Sequence record: OW849299.1
Reading direction: 5' to 3' (one strand)
DNA from: a plasmid
DNA length: 64,000 bases
The translations under genes were made by a program, and so were the position numbers. Under the pieces are notes generated by a model. It was not told where the DNA came from and did not search any database. It saw only the letters and a program-made list of their open reading frames with translations. This document shows, one piece after another, positions 1-10,406 of this stretch (within the stretch, counting starts at the first letter, position 1; each line of letters opens with the position of its first letter).

Positions 1-159
1 TGGGGCTGGAGAGGGAATCCGGTCCCCCTGATTATCACTGATTTTCTCCCCCTGTAATTCTCTTACCGCCGCCTGGCGGTTTTCGTGCTCGCCAGCCGGC
101 GCGACCTGCTCAAATTTCCTCCAGTTTTAACGTGTGGCCATCGTGATTTTTTGACGTTC

Positions 160-340
160 TGGCGCCGCCGGTGGATAACCGGCAGCGAGATCACCACTAT
201 CCACAGTTATCCGCAAAGGAGGAAATAAAGTCACCTGCAATCGTGGTCAAAGCAAGCTGCAATACACTCTTAACTTCTTTAAAAAGATGTTTATTCAATA
301 AAGAGATCACTGTTATTCAGGCTCAATTTTCTGTGGATTA
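160..340. promoter_or_regulatory. Putative replication-origin-proximal region: three DnaA-box-like motifs followed by an AT-rich tract (candidate oriV flank)
   Basis: GTGGATAAC (171-179, rc), TATCCACAG (198-206), TTATCCGC (207-214) resemble the TTATNCACA consensus; 240-330 is AT-rich. IncL/M oriV lies downstream of repA, which would sit just outside the window. Confidence 0.3.
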
Positions 341-935
341 TGGGAATATGCCTGGCCTTTCAGCGCCGCTACGCGGCACGACGGCCAGAATGGTCGCTAT
401 GCTCCCAGGTTAGCACCCGGCAAATGCCGGGCAGGGTGGCCAGCAGAAACCACCACTGTAGATTTTTCTTTGCCCCACCGTGCTTTTCCCCGCCGAGCCA
501 ACGGCTCGGCAGAAAAAAGCATGATGGATGATGTAACTAAGAACACCCCCGTAAGACGGAAGGGCTGCGACCCGCACCCCTGACGTCAACGCTACTACCC
601 ACGCGCCCGGTGCGCCGCTAACGTCACACCGCCCGCTCGCAGTAGCCAGGGGGTAATGTGGCCACAGCGTCACCTGCAGGGCAGTCAGGCAGGAAAATCA
701 TCTGCTATGGCGTGCAATGCCTTTCAGGCAATCAACGCCAGTGTCTGCTGTCAGTTTTAAAATTAACAGGGAAAAGAGGATCGATTTAGCCGCGGTTATC
801 CACGTCAGCCGCTCGCAGGCGCGTTAAAAAGGGTGAAGGCAGGGGAATGTTGCTCTTTTTGCAGTGAAGGCCACAGAGAGCGTTTCAGGCGCTTATTTGA
901 GGAAATGCGATTTCTGCCAGGGTGGAGGCACAAAA

Positions 936-969
936 AAACCCGACTGGTGAGATCGGGTTTTCATGTTTT
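936..969. terminator. Bidirectional rho-independent terminator hairpin
   Basis: Stem AAACCCGA / TCGGGTTT with a 9-nt loop, flanked by A7 on one side and TTTTCATGTTTT on the other. Confidence 0.4.
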
Positions 970-974
970 GCCCC

Positions 975-1186
975 GGATGGAGGCGGGAACACCTAAACAA
1001 TTGACGGTTAAATATTACGCCATGAGTGCAGTAAATGCAAACCACCGGGAATAGGGTATACTGCGCGGGTCAATCTGTTGACGTTCTTCTCCAGCCCCCG
1101 CTTACGCGGCGTGAACGGTTTAAAGCCCTGGTTGAAAAACAGGTGGTGCTGTTTCAATGCCCTGGCTGGAGTGGGAACATCTAAAC
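975..1186. repeat. Two direct copies of a ~27-bp motif (GGAGGCGGGAACACCTAAACAATTGACG / GGAGTGGGAACATCTAAACAATTGACG), 176 bp apart
   Basis: Seen directly at 980-1006 and 1158-1184; a third partial copy (TCAATCTGTTGACG) at 1069-1087; non-coding, between the oriV-like region and the trbC end. Confidence 0.4.
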
Positions 1187-1377
1187 AATTGACGTGAGGT
1201 AGCCGCTGTGACAGGCAATGTAAGGGCGATCAGCGGTGTTCCTGCTCTGTATGGAGCAAACGGATGATTAACTTGTTAATCGTCGTTCTGCGGGCAGTTG
1301 TTGCAGTGTCTAACGCTGTGATAGCGGTCCTGGAGCTGATCCGGCAGTATTTTGACTGACCGGAAACGTAACTAAAG

Positions 1378-1405
1378 GCGGGGGGACCACTCCCCGCCTT
1401 TTAAC
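1378..1405 (-). terminator. Terminator hairpin downstream of trbC
   Basis: GGCGGGG-ggaccact-CCCCGCC followed by T-run on either strand, immediately 3' of the trbC stop (1410). Confidence 0.5.
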
Positions 1406-1409
1406 AGGG

Positions 1410-3497
1410 TTACATCTCGATCATCGGGAACAGATCGTCTTCCTGGTGGTAAAGCACGTCGTCCGTTTCCGTTCCATCAAGCCATTCAGCGAACAGTTCA
1501 AACAGGCACACCGACATTTCCTCCGGTGAAATTGCGCCACACTGCAGCTCGTAGAAGACCTCAATTTTTTCCAGCAGGCTGTTGGCCGCTTTGTCGTAGC
1601 CGAACAGCTTGATCGGCGGGAATCGCATTGCATCCGGGTTGGTTTCCGCCAGTTCATCATCCTTGCGTTCCGGATAAATGCTGTACAGCGTTGCCGGCGA
1701 TGGCGGCAATACCTCGATAAAGCGGTTTATCCGCATCGGCAGTTCGCTGGAAAACTTCTCATTGTCCGGAATGTAAAACGCGGCGCTGCGTACCAGGGCA
1801 TCCTGGAAAGAAATTACCCCCTGACCTTCGGTCTGCTTACGTAGCTCACGAATGTTCACGCGGTCCTTTTCACGGATTTGGTACAGATCCCCTTCCCGGA
1901 CCGTTTTGGAAAACGTGCCGTGTTCGGCTTCCTGCCCGGAGAGCTCAGAATAATAATCCTGGCCGACGGTTTCGCGCAGTATTTCAAAGGTTTTCCGGTC
2001 TTCAATCGACTCAAAATATTTCACGCGGGTGTTGGCGATCAGCGAATCCACCTCGCCGTTCGCGCCGCGGGCGAGCGACGGGTGATCCTGGGAGGAAAAT
2101 ACGCCCATTTTTTCCAGTGAACGCATCTGCGCACTCAGCGTATCCATACCGCTGGTGAAATACTGGCCCAGCTCGTCATAAATCAGCCCGTATGGCGCCT
2201 GATTATTCAGCGCGTGAGTGAGCAGGACTTCCTCTTTTTTCCCTTCCAGCTGGTAGCCCAGGTCCTTACTGATGGTCATTCGCTGCAGCGTCACATATAA
2301 ACGGCCAAGCGTGGCCGCTTCACCGCGTGACAGCTCCAGCGACGGGATCATGACGATGAGAATGCGGTCATTGTGGAAAATATCGTCCATCCGGATATCG
2401 CCGCTGTCTTCCGGAAAAACATGGCCATAAGTTTCATTGAACAGGGAGAGCGTCTTCAGGAACTGACGGCTCATGTAGTTATGCTGTTCGAAGGCGCGGG
2501 CTTCCCACGTTTCCGGGTATTCCGCGTTGGCCAGCAGGAAGCCTGGTGTATTTTCCAGATAACTTTCCAGCGCGGCGTAACCCTCGCTGTGCCAGCCGTT
2601 TTTCTTTGCCTCCACGTACAGCGCGGCCATTGCCGGCAGCGACATGTTTTTCTGAATAGTGCGCTGTGACAAAAGCAGTTCGCCGCGGGCGCGCTTATAA
2701 CACAGGGCATTGATCAGCGCCGACATCATGGCTTTTGCCGTATCCTGCCACTGTGCCGAATCCCCGCCCACCTGGGGGAGCATGGATTCCATCAACTGGA
2801 TGATGAAGGTCGGCGGGGCAACGCTGAAGAGGTTGACTGAGTTGGATTGCGCGGGGATGCTTTCCTGCTTCACCAGGTTCACGAACCTGTCAATACTGCC
2901 GGTCAGCAGGTTGAGAACGTAATAATCATCCTCACGGCCGAAACGGCGCGCCAGCGACCAGGTGGCGAAGGCCAGCTTGTTATCTGCTTTACCGTCTGAG
3001 AGGCAGTAGCCACGGCACCACAGCAGGAAGTTAACGATAAACCCATAGAAGGTTTCGGTTTTACCCGACCCGGTGGTACCAAAAAATACCATGTGGCGCA
3101 GCAGGTCCGTCATGTTCAGCCACAGCTCGCGGCCGAACAGGCGTCCCCGCTCATACCCGACATATAAAATTCCCTTCGCTTTCTTTCGCTCCCGGACCTT
3201 ATGCGGGATGCGAATGGGCCCCAGACGGTATTCCGCCTGGGTTTCCGTGGTCAGGGTGTCGTCGAACATTTCGCAGTCTTTCGGCATTCGCAGCGGTGGC
3301 CGGAATTTACGATCCGTGAATGCCACCATCAGCGGCGGAAGGATGAGGATGCTCAGCAGCATGGTAAAGGGGAGAAACAGACCCAGCACGGTCAGTATGG
3401 CCAGCAGGCCAAACTGTACGTTCGGAGTGAGGAACCACTCCATGAACGAACCATCCGGGCGGAGGACTTTTTTACTGTCTACAGATTCCTGTTGCAT
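1410..3497 (-). CDS. trbC: Conjugal transfer protein TrbC (I-type T4SS, DotL/IcmO-like NTPase)
   Basis: 695-aa ORF with N-terminal TM helices and Walker A GTTGSGKT; last gene of the trbA-trbB-trbC operon, as in IncI/IncL-M plasmids. Confidence 0.75.
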   Translation of the reverse strand: MQQESVDSKKVLRPDGSFMEWFLTPNVQFGLLAILTVLGLFLPFTMLLSILILPPLMVAFTDRKFRPPLRMPKDCEMFDDTLTTETQAEYRLGPIRIPHKVRERKKAKGILYVGYERGRLFGRELWLNMTDLLRHMVFFGTTGSGKTETFYGFIVNFLLWCRGYCLSDGKADNKLAFATWSLARRFGREDDYYVLNLLTGSIDRFVNLVKQESIPAQSNSVNLFSVAPPTFIIQLMESMLPQVGGDSAQWQDTAKAMMSALINALCYKRARGELLLSQRTIQKNMSLPAMAALYVEAKKNGWHSEGYAALESYLENTPGFLLANAEYPETWEARAFEQHNYMSRQFLKTLSLFNETYGHVFPEDSGDIRMDDIFHNDRILIVMIPSLELSRGEAATLGRLYVTLQRMTISKDLGYQLEGKKEEVLLTHALNNQAPYGLIYDELGQYFTSGMDTLSAQMRSLEKMGVFSSQDHPSLARGANGEVDSLIANTRVKYFESIEDRKTFEILRETVGQDYYSELSGQEAEHGTFSKTVREGDLYQIREKDRVNIRELRKQTEGQGVISFQDALVRSAAFYIPDNEKFSSELPMRINRFIEVLPPSPATLYSIYPERKDDELAETNPDAMRFPPIKLFGYDKAANSLLEKIEVFYELQCGAISPEEMSVCLFELFAEWLDGTETDDVLYHQEDDLFPMIEM

Positions 3498-3509
3498 AGC
3501 GGCTCCGGG

Positions 3510-4460
3510 TTATTCTCCTATTGCCTGCTGCAGGCGGGCATCGTCTTTGACGACGGAAACCGGGATCACATCACCCGAATCGGCAACGATGGACGGGGTA
3601 CCGATAAACCCGAATTTCGCAAATGCCATATTGTTCGCGTCAACCAGGCGGGCGCCGGTGGTATCCGGGGCTGTTTTCGGATCGTCAATTTTCGGGTTCA
3701 TGGTGGTGTATCCCATGTTAATCGTGTCTTCCCAGCTTTTCAGTCGGGTATCTTTCCCGGTATCGAGTACAGGAGCGGCGCGGACCATCGAGCGCAGGTC
3801 GCCATAAACGGACACGGGGAAAATCTCGACGTTATAGCGTTTGCTCAGTTCCTGCAGTCGGGGTTCCAGCGCGCGGCAGTGCGGGCACATCGGATCGGAA
3901 AACACATACAGGGTGTGTTTATGCCCGGTTGAAAGCGAGATTGTAAAGCGTCCGCTGGTGACGGCATCTTTCAGTGACAGCAAGTCGTTATCAGCCAGTT
4001 TTTTAGGGGCTTCAGGTGCTGCCTGAACCTGCAGCTGCTCCGGCGCAGTGGCAGGCTGCTGCAGACCCGGCGCGGGAGCATACGAGTTTGCCTGCAGTGG
4101 CTGTGCCGGCTGATGCATATTCATCAACGCGCCGTTGATGGAGACGATAAAGCCCAGCGCGGCGACTGGCCAGAAGATAAAGTTAGACAGCCGGCGCACG
4201 GCATTGAGTCCGCGCTGCTGTTTCAGCTTTTTACGGATATTGTTCAGCGCCTCGATGGCCTGATATTCGTTTTCAAAGCGGAACAGCTGCACCGCTTCAC
4301 CAGAAAACGTATTGTGCGTCAGGATGTGGCCGCTGCCGGCATCATGGCCAAGTCCAAAATGACAGGCTGACAGGGGGAAGGAGTGCAGGGCTTGTTCCTG
4401 GTAGTTTCCGTCAGCGGAAAGATAAAGTGTGTTGCGATCGGTTTTTACGGTGAGTTTCAT
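3510..4460 (-). CDS. trbB: TrbB, DsbC/thioredoxin-like thiol:disulfide interchange protein
   Basis: CxxC motif (PMCPHCRALEP); start chosen at ATG 4458-4460 (MKLTVKT) with SD GAGGAAG; the longer ORF start at 4529 would overlap trbA by 59 nt. Confidence 0.7.
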   Translation of the reverse strand: MKLTVKTDRNTLYLSADGNYQEQALHSFPLSACHFGLGHDAGSGHILTHNTFSGEAVQLFRFENEYQAIEALNNIRKKLKQQRGLNAVRRLSNFIFWPVAALGFIVSINGALMNMHQPAQPLQANSYAPAPGLQQPATAPEQLQVQAAPEAPKKLADNDLLSLKDAVTSGRFTISLSTGHKHTLYVFSDPMCPHCRALEPRLQELSKRYNVEIFPVSVYGDLRSMVRAAPVLDTGKDTRLKSWEDTINMGYTTMNPKIDDPKTAPDTTGARLVDANNMAFAKFGFIGTPSIVADSGDVIPVSVVKDDARLQQAIGE

Positions 4461-4470
4461 ACTTCCTCGC

Positions 4471-5778
4471 TTAGAGTTCCAGGTGATCGGGTCGGGTTGC
4501 CGGCTGAGGTTTAGCCGGCGTCGGTTCATCGTCTGTCAGTCGCAGACTGTTGTTCGGGGTGTCGTGCGGAGCTGCAGGCGGCGTAGCCGGCTCGTCTTCC
4601 GCTTCAGCGTCAGATTCAAATGCAAATGGCGGTATAACGTCTTCCTGCCAGTGAGCGACCGGAATGGCGGGATCGCGGCGGTCAATATGGCGGTAATGGA
4701 GCAGATCCAGCTCAAGGCCCAGCACGGCCGCCCGCACGGTCGGCGGGAATTTCGCCGCCTTTTCTTCATCGAGCGTCAGCCGGTAACTTTCGCACTGACT
4801 CCAGGCAATAACACCACCTCCCTCAATGAAGAACTTCCCGCGGCCGGCGCTTGAAAGTGCATACCATAACGTGCGGTCCACACCTTTAAGCCACCGGAAA
4901 TTAGCGGATGGCAGCTGCAGGTCATCATCGAACAGCGCGTAGAGTAGCGAACGGGAGCTGCGGCGCCCCTTTGCAAATTCTCGGAACGCTTCACACTGGC
5001 TGGCGACGGTCCAGAACCCGGCGGCCAGCGAATAATCAGGGAAACCGTCTTTAGTCCGCAGGCAGGAACGGTTGAGATCGTCGAGAATGGATTTAGCCGT
5101 TGGCCGGTCGCCCATAAACCGCAGATGTACAAACGAGGCTGCGAGCGCTTTTTCCCAGGGCGCCAGGGAAAGGGCCGCCCCTTCGGGGGCCAGGTTTACC
5201 TGTGACAGGAAGACTTTATGTGCGGCTTTTTTACGGAGGCGGCGCTTAGCGGTATCAATCAGGTTATGTTCCTGGGCAAACTCAACGGGTGACTGCGCGC
5301 TGCGTGCTTCTTCCGGATCTTCATTCAGCAGCAGCTGATCGAGGTGGCCAAACCGGGCGAGGATATGAGCTATCCCCGGATAGTTTTTTACCATCACCCA
5401 GGGAAGGTTCCGGATGGTCAGTTTACGGGTCAGACGGTAGTAAGGATTGCGCGAGATAACCCAGACGAACAACCCGATGATTAAAATGAACAGGGGAAAG
5501 AGCACGCTGGCCGTGTCGTTCATCACGCTGATAAAGTCCCACAGCGAAACCTGGTGGTTATACCGCGCCGCCGACAGCAGCATGTCCCGGCGCTCGGCCG
5601 CATTACCCGGCGTAATGGCGTCCGGCAGTACACCGTAGATCCAGTAAAGCAGGCGACAGACTCCGTAAATCACATAATCACGAAAGCCAAACCACATCAC
5701 TGTGATCATGATGAGAAGGGCCCCGATAATCATCAGGCCATCATCCCCTCCCCCTTTCCGTTGTGGCTGGTTTTGCAT
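4471..5778 (-). CDS. trbA: TrbA (DotM/IcmP-like inner-membrane T4SS protein)
   Basis: 435-aa ORF with TM segments and a proline-rich C-terminus; ATGA overlap with the trbN stop; operon context. Confidence 0.65.
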   Translation of the reverse strand: MQNQPQRKGGGDDGLMIIGALLIMITVMWFGFRDYVIYGVCRLLYWIYGVLPDAITPGNAAERRDMLLSAARYNHQVSLWDFISVMNDTASVLFPLFILIIGLFVWVISRNPYYRLTRKLTIRNLPWVMVKNYPGIAHILARFGHLDQLLLNEDPEEARSAQSPVEFAQEHNLIDTAKRRLRKKAAHKVFLSQVNLAPEGAALSLAPWEKALAASFVHLRFMGDRPTAKSILDDLNRSCLRTKDGFPDYSLAAGFWTVASQCEAFREFAKGRRSSRSLLYALFDDDLQLPSANFRWLKGVDRTLWYALSSAGRGKFFIEGGGVIAWSQCESYRLTLDEEKAAKFPPTVRAAVLGLELDLLHYRHIDRRDPAIPVAHWQEDVIPPFAFESDAEAEDEPATPPAAPHDTPNNSLRLTDDEPTPAKPQPATRPDHLEL

Positions 5779-6173
5779 CAGAACCTCAGAGAATTTTGGT
5801 AAACCTTCCCGATATACCAGGCCTTACGCGCCGGCGTGTTGGAGTGATAGCGGCCGACACCCTGCCAGAAATCCCCCCCTTCGAGAATGATGTTGTATTT
5901 GAGGATGTAGGCACTGGCCATTGCAGAGGCGCAGAAGTCATGCTGCAGCTGCTCCGCTTTCACGCCAAAATCGGACGCCAGCTTATTCGCCCAGATGGTG
6001 TTTATCTGGAATGCGCCGTAATCGTAAGTGCCGTTTTTGTTTTTATTTTTCATTCCCGGTTTTCCGCCTTCAGTCAGCCACAAGGCGAGGAATCCACGGA
6101 GAGGAATGTGATAAATCTGTGCTGCTTCAACCATGCAAGTTGGCAGCGGGATTGAGGGCGGGGCATCAACCAT
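5778..6173 (-). CDS. trbN: Lytic transglycosylase (SLT domain), TrbN-like
   Basis: 131-aa ORF with an SLT-domain signature (…GAFQIN…ASAMASAYILKY…). Confidence 0.7.
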   Translation of the reverse strand: MVDAPPSIPLPTCMVEAAQIYHIPLRGFLALWLTEGGKPGMKNKNKNGTYDYGAFQINTIWANKLASDFGVKAEQLQHDFCASAMASAYILKYNIILEGGDFWQGVGRYHSNTPARKAWYIGKVYQNSLRF

Positions 6174-6277
6174 AACAATCTCCTAATGATTTCTATTTCG
6201 AGTAAAAAATATACCATCAAAAGGAGATTTTTTTAAATCATTTTGGTGCGGATAATTGAGAGGCTGTCAAAGGGATT

Positions 6278-6628
6278 TTATTTGCCTTCGACAGAGACAA
6301 TATTGCCCTCGTTCACATTTTCCCATGTCGGGATTTCGCCACTCAGCGTGCAGCGGAGTGTTTCTTTTCCGACGGTAAGTGGTGCGCCACTGCTGTAGTA
6401 ATGACTTTCATACAGGCAAGAGGTTTTCTTTTGTTCCGGGGTCAGTGTAATACCGGCATCCTGATCCTTTGCCAGCAGTTGTACAAGATGTTGGTTTGTC
6501 TGTACCTGCTCACCCAGAATGCTGCTCAGTAAAGAATCGGTTTTCGGCGCGGATACGCTCTGAGCAAAGGCACTGCAACTGATTACGGATGCAGCCAGAA
6601 TAAGAGCAATCTTCGTGTTGAATTTCAT
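6278..6628 (-). CDS. Small secreted/periplasmic protein (signal peptide MKFNTKIALILAASVISCSAFA)
   Basis: ATG at 6626-6628 with SD GGAGAAAG; N-terminal signal peptide; no recognisable family. Confidence 0.5.
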   Translation of the reverse strand: MKFNTKIALILAASVISCSAFAQSVSAPKTDSLLSSILGEQVQTNQHLVQLLAKDQDAGITLTPEQKKTSCLYESHYYSSGAPLTVGKETLRCTLSGEIPTWENVNEGNIVSVEGK

Positions 6629-6740
6629 TTCACTTTCTCCATTAAAAAAATCGGCAATCATTTTCTGTATCATTTAAATTAGGTCTGAAAACCGGCCTGA
6701 GTGTCAAGCCGATTCTGTTTAAAAATTAACAGGGGATAAA

Positions 6741-7176
6741 ATGATTCAGTCACGTAATAAATATCTGCAGTTTATGCTGGTTCTGCTGGCAGCCTGGGCC
6801 ATAGCCTGGGGGGCCATGTTTGTCATGGGGCAGGCTGTTCTGCTCTATGGGCTGGGGAAAAATACGCTGTTCTTCAGTCATGGTGCTGTACTGGTGTACC
6901 TCCTGTGTGTTTTCCTGGTATACCGCCGCTGGGTTGCTCCGCTACCGGTCGTTGGCCAGCTGAGCAACGTTGGCGCACTGTGGCTGGTTGGCGCGATGGC
7001 CGTGGTGTATGTCGGTGAATTTCTGCTGGGTAAAGTGCTGGACCTGCCCGCTGAGCCATTTATGACGAAACTTTTTGCCGATAAGTCCATACCCGATGTG
7101 ATCCTGACGTTGCTGGCCGTCTTTATCCTTGCCCCGCTGAATGAGGAAATCCTGTTCCGTGGTGTCATGCTGAACG
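6741..7176 (+). pseudogene. tir: Transfer inhibition protein Tir (CPBP/CAAX-protease-like membrane protein), N-terminal part, interrupted by Tn1999.2
   Basis: ORF reads from MIQSRNKYLQF… into IS1999 at 7177; the reading frame continues exactly at 12843 (…GVMLN|VFRSRY…) after the transposon. Confidence 0.8.
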
Positions 7177-7189
7177 CTGAAGGATCCCC

Positions 7190-8323
7190 TCATAAATCAG
7201 CCATAGCATAGCCATATTTGAGCAACTGATTGGCGAATAATACCCAGGCCGCCAGCAATTCTTTCTCCGTGATTTGATAATCAGGCCGCCTGAGTACCTC
7301 CAATCCCAAGCGAATCGTTGAGAGTACCGTTCGATGCCCAATGGTATTGGCCTGAAAATGCTTATCCCAGCCCTGTTGCTGTGCGTGTAAACCAACTAGC
7401 CACAACAGGCATTGAACCATCAACGCTATCAGTAGGATGATGTCGAATCGCTCTGGACTGTTGGTACGACTTTGGCGTAAGCCAAAGCCGTATGCCGGGC
7501 TTTTGAGGTCACGAAAGGTTTCCTCTATTTGCATACGTTTGGCGTACAGGTTTACCAGCTGCTTTGGGCTCCGAGATTCTGGTGGTAAATTGCTGGCTAA
7601 CACCCAAGGCTCTTTCGCCGATGTTGAGTACGTTTTTGCCGATGGATGGTGGCAATTAGTCCTCGTTGAACGCTGATTTGTACGCCCCTTAGGTTTGCTA
7701 CGATAAAGCGTGAGATGGCAATTGATAGGGTTAGTTTTGGTCAAAGTCTTACAACCCAGGCTCTTCGCTTGACCGTTGGCCAAGTCATGTGTACTTCGAA
7801 CTGCACGCCAATTTTCAGCGCCAATATCTGCAAATTGAACTGTACCGCGAATACGGCTTAGCCAAAACCAACCATGCGCCTCAACCTCTTTGTACCAAGG
7901 CACTTTGAACCCCGCGTCAGTCACGATGAGAGGGGTAACATGCAAAGGTAAAATCTTGGCTAAGTCCGCTAAAAAACCGTTGTGGGAGGCCTTAGAGCAT
8001 TGTTCTGATAGGGGATAGGACTTCTCATACAGGGTAATAGAGCGGCCATTGAAGGCTATTGAGGCGCGCAGAGCCATGATGCGTTTATGCTCTCGGATGT
8101 CTGACCAATCGACGAGCACAATCGGCATAGGGTTACCAGAACAGATGAGGCTGGCATGCCATTGGTAGACAGCTAACCGTTCTTGATGCAGATGCGTGTT
8201 GCCGAGCAAACGATCAATGCGCTTGATGTTGTGCTTGGTTCGGGCCGTGGTTGGTAAATTTCGACCTAACTCAGTCAAGGTCAGTGTCTTACATTCAATC
8301 AGCGCCTTAGAGGCCAGCATCAA
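7190..8323 (-). pseudogene. IS1999 transposase, C-terminal 377-aa fragment (gene split by IS1)
   Basis: Identical in protein sequence to residues 40-416 of the intact copy at 11579-12829. Confidence 0.85.
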
Positions 8324-8391
8324 GCTGTTTAATCGTTTTAGGTGAAGTTCTGGGCAGTATTGGTGTAAAGAATGTTGGTAATGACTCCAAC

Positions 8392-8895
8392 TTATTGATA
8401 GTGTTTTATGTTCAGATAATGCCCGATGACTTTGTCATGCAGCTCCACCGATTTTGAGAACGACAGCGACTTCCGTCCCAGCCGTGCCAGGTGCTGCCTC
8501 AGATTCAGGTTATGCCGCTCAATTCGCTGCGTATATCGCTTGCTGATTACGTGCAGCTTTCCCTTCAGGCGGGATTCATACAGCGGCCAGCCATCCGTCA
8601 TCCATATCACCACGTCAAAGGGTGACAGCAGGCTCATAAGACGCCCCAGCGTCGCCATAGTGCGTTCACCGAATACGTGCGCAACAACCGTCTTCCGGAG
8701 CCTGTCATACGCGTAAAACAGCCAGCGCTGGCGCGATTTAGCCCCGACGTATCCCCACTGTTCGTCCATTTCCGCGCAGACGATGACGTCACTGCCCGGC
8801 TGTATGCGCGAGGTTACCGACTGCGGCCTGAGTTTTTTAAATGGCGGAAAATCGTGTTGAGGCCAACGCCCATAATGCGGGCGGTTGCCCGGCAT
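8392..8895 (-). CDS. insB: IS1 transposase InsB
   Basis: 167-aa ORF of the IS1 InsB family (insAB' is a frameshift product). Confidence 0.85.
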   Translation of the reverse strand: MPGNRPHYGRWPQHDFPPFKKLRPQSVTSRIQPGSDVIVCAEMDEQWGYVGAKSRQRWLFYAYDRLRKTVVAHVFGERTMATLGRLMSLLSPFDVVIWMTDGWPLYESRLKGKLHVISKRYTQRIERHNLNLRQHLARLGRKSLSFSKSVELHDKVIGHYLNIKHYQ

Positions 8896-9089
8896 CCAAC
8901 GCCATTCATGGCCATATCAATGATTTTCTGGTGCGTACCGGGTTGAGAAGCGGTGTAAGTGAACTGCAGTTGCCATGTTTTACGGCAGTGAGAGCAGAGA
9001 TAGCGCTGATGTCCGGCGGTGCTTTTGCCGTTACGCACCACCCCGTCAGTAGCTGAACAGGAGGGACAGCTGATAGAAACAGAAGCCAC
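8814..9089 (-). CDS. insA: IS1 InsA (Zn-finger repressor)
   Basis: 91-aa [26 protein letters not shown]…, the IS1 InsA. Confidence 0.85.
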   Translation of the reverse strand: MASVSISCPSCSATDGVVRNGKSTAGHQRYLCSHCRKTWQLQFTYTASQPGTHQKIIDMAMNGVGCRATARIMGVGLNTIFRHLKNSGRSR

Positions 9090-9307
9090 TGGAGCACCTC
9101 AAAAACACCATCATACACTAAATCAGTAAGTTGGCAGCATCACCAAGAATGTTGTAGGATATTGGCTTCGCGCATCTTGTTGTCCAAGTGTAGTTTTTGG
9201 CGAAACCATTTGATCATGCAACAAGATGCGCTTCCACCCTAATTTGATGATTTATTTGTAAATCATCAGGGGATTCTTCAGTATATTGCATTAAGCAAGG
9301 GGACGTT

Positions 9308-10105
9308 ATGCGTGTATTAGCCTTATCGGCTGTGTTTTTGGTGGCATCGATTATCGGAATGCCTGCGGTAGCAAAGGAATGGCAAGAAAACAAAAGTTGG
9401 AATGCTCACTTTACTGAACATAAATCACAGGGCGTAGTTGTGCTCTGGAATGAGAATAAGCAGCAAGGATTTACCAATAATCTTAAACGGGCGAACCAAG
9501 CATTTTTACCCGCATCTACCTTTAAAATTCCCAATAGCTTGATCGCCCTCGATTTGGGCGTGGTTAAGGATGAACACCAAGTCTTTAAGTGGGATGGACA
9601 GACGCGCGATATCGCCACTTGGAATCGCGATCATAATCTAATCACCGCGATGAAATATTCAGTTGTGCCTGTTTATCAAGAATTTGCCCGCCAAATTGGC
9701 GAGGCACGTATGAGCAAGATGCTACATGCTTTCGATTATGGTAATGAGGACATTTCGGGCAATGTAGACAGTTTCTGGCTCGACGGTGGTATTCGAATTT
9801 CGGCCACGGAGCAAATCAGCTTTTTAAGAAAGCTGTATCACAATAAGTTACACGTATCGGAGCGCAGCCAGCGTATTGTCAAACAAGCCATGCTGACCGA
9901 AGCCAATGGTGACTATATTATTCGGGCTAAAACTGGATACTCGACTAGAATCGAACCTAAGATTGGCTGGTGGGTCGGTTGGGTTGAACTTGATGATAAT
10001 GTGTGGTTTTTTGCGATGAATATGGATATGCCCACATCGGATGGTTTAGGGCTGCGCCAAGCCATCACAAAAGAAGTGCTCAAACAGGAAAAAATTATTC
10101 CCTAG
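9308..10105 (+). CDS. blaOXA-48: Class D carbapenem-hydrolysing beta-lactamase OXA-48 (OXA-48 allele by recall: T104, N110, E168, S171, R214 present)
   Basis: 265-aa ORF with STFK, YGN and KTG motifs, recalled as identical to OXA-48; expression driven from the IS1999 end (9155-9281). Confidence 0.9.
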   Translation: MRVLALSAVFLVASIIGMPAVAKEWQENKSWNAHFTEHKSQGVVVLWNENKQQGFTNNLKRANQAFLPASTFKIPNSLIALDLGVVKDEHQVFKWDGQTRDIATWNRDHNLITAMKYSVVPVYQEFARQIGEARMSKMLHAFDYGNEDISGNVDSFWLDGGIRISATEQISFLRKLYHNKLHVSERSQRIVKQAMLTEANGDYIIRAKTGYSTRIEPKIGWWVGWVELDDNVWFFAMNMDMPTSDGLGLRQAITKEVLKQEKIIP

Positions 10106-10285
10106 AAGTGGTTAGCGCGTATTTGTGTGAAATAGCCGTCATATAAGCTGTAAAGATATATGGACAAAATGCTGATGCTCGATGCGCTTGTAGTTAATGG
10201 CTCATACTTAATCGGTTAGGCCTAATCGACTTAAGCTCCGCGCGTTAACTTTTAGCCTGAGCATTAGCATCACATTCCTCAACGT

Positions 10286-10316
10286 AAAAAGCCTAGCCAA
10301 TTTGCTAGGCTTTTTT
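10286..10316. terminator. Bidirectional terminator between blaOXA-48 and lysR
   Basis: AAAAA-GCCTAGC-caatttg-GCTAGGC-TTTTTT. Confidence 0.6.
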
Positions 10317-10406
10317 GTTATCTAAATGGTCATGGTCACTCAACATTGGGATGTGTATAAAGGAATGGCGATGTCAGTAAAGGTGAATGCCGCTGCGATA
10401 AAGTGC

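Larger units (their letters stand above)
8377..9144 (-). mobile_element. IS1 (768 bp) inserted in IS1999
   Basis: Terminal IRs GGTAATGACTCCAACTTATTGAT / GGTGATGCTGCCAACTTACTGAT; 9-bp TSD AAGAATGTT at 8368-8376 and 9145-9153. Confidence 0.9.
7177..9281 (-). mobile_element. IS1999 (IS4 family), upstream copy, disrupted by IS1
   Basis: 1328 bp of IS1999 sequence once IS1 (768 bp) and its 9-bp TSD are removed; ends match the downstream copy. Confidence 0.85.

Noticed and set aside
171-1054. Small ORFs at the window start (171-413, 340-531, 410-673, 833-1054)
   Set aside because: No SDs, they overlap DnaA-box/AT-rich and hairpin-rich sequence that looks regulatory (origin-proximal), with no family resemblance.
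1421-5338. ORFs antisense to or out of frame within trbC/trbB/trbA (e.g. 1421-1660, 3073-3807, 3201-3932, 4429-4854, 4776-5132)
   Set aside because: Typical spurious ORFs in GC-rich coding DNA; the sense-strand genes have clear T4SS identities and coupling.
8426-9056. ORFs 8426-8716, 8677-8946, 8841-9056 (and their duplicates at 29502-30132) inside IS1
   Set aside because: They overlap insA/insB on the opposite strand; IS1 coding capacity is well established.
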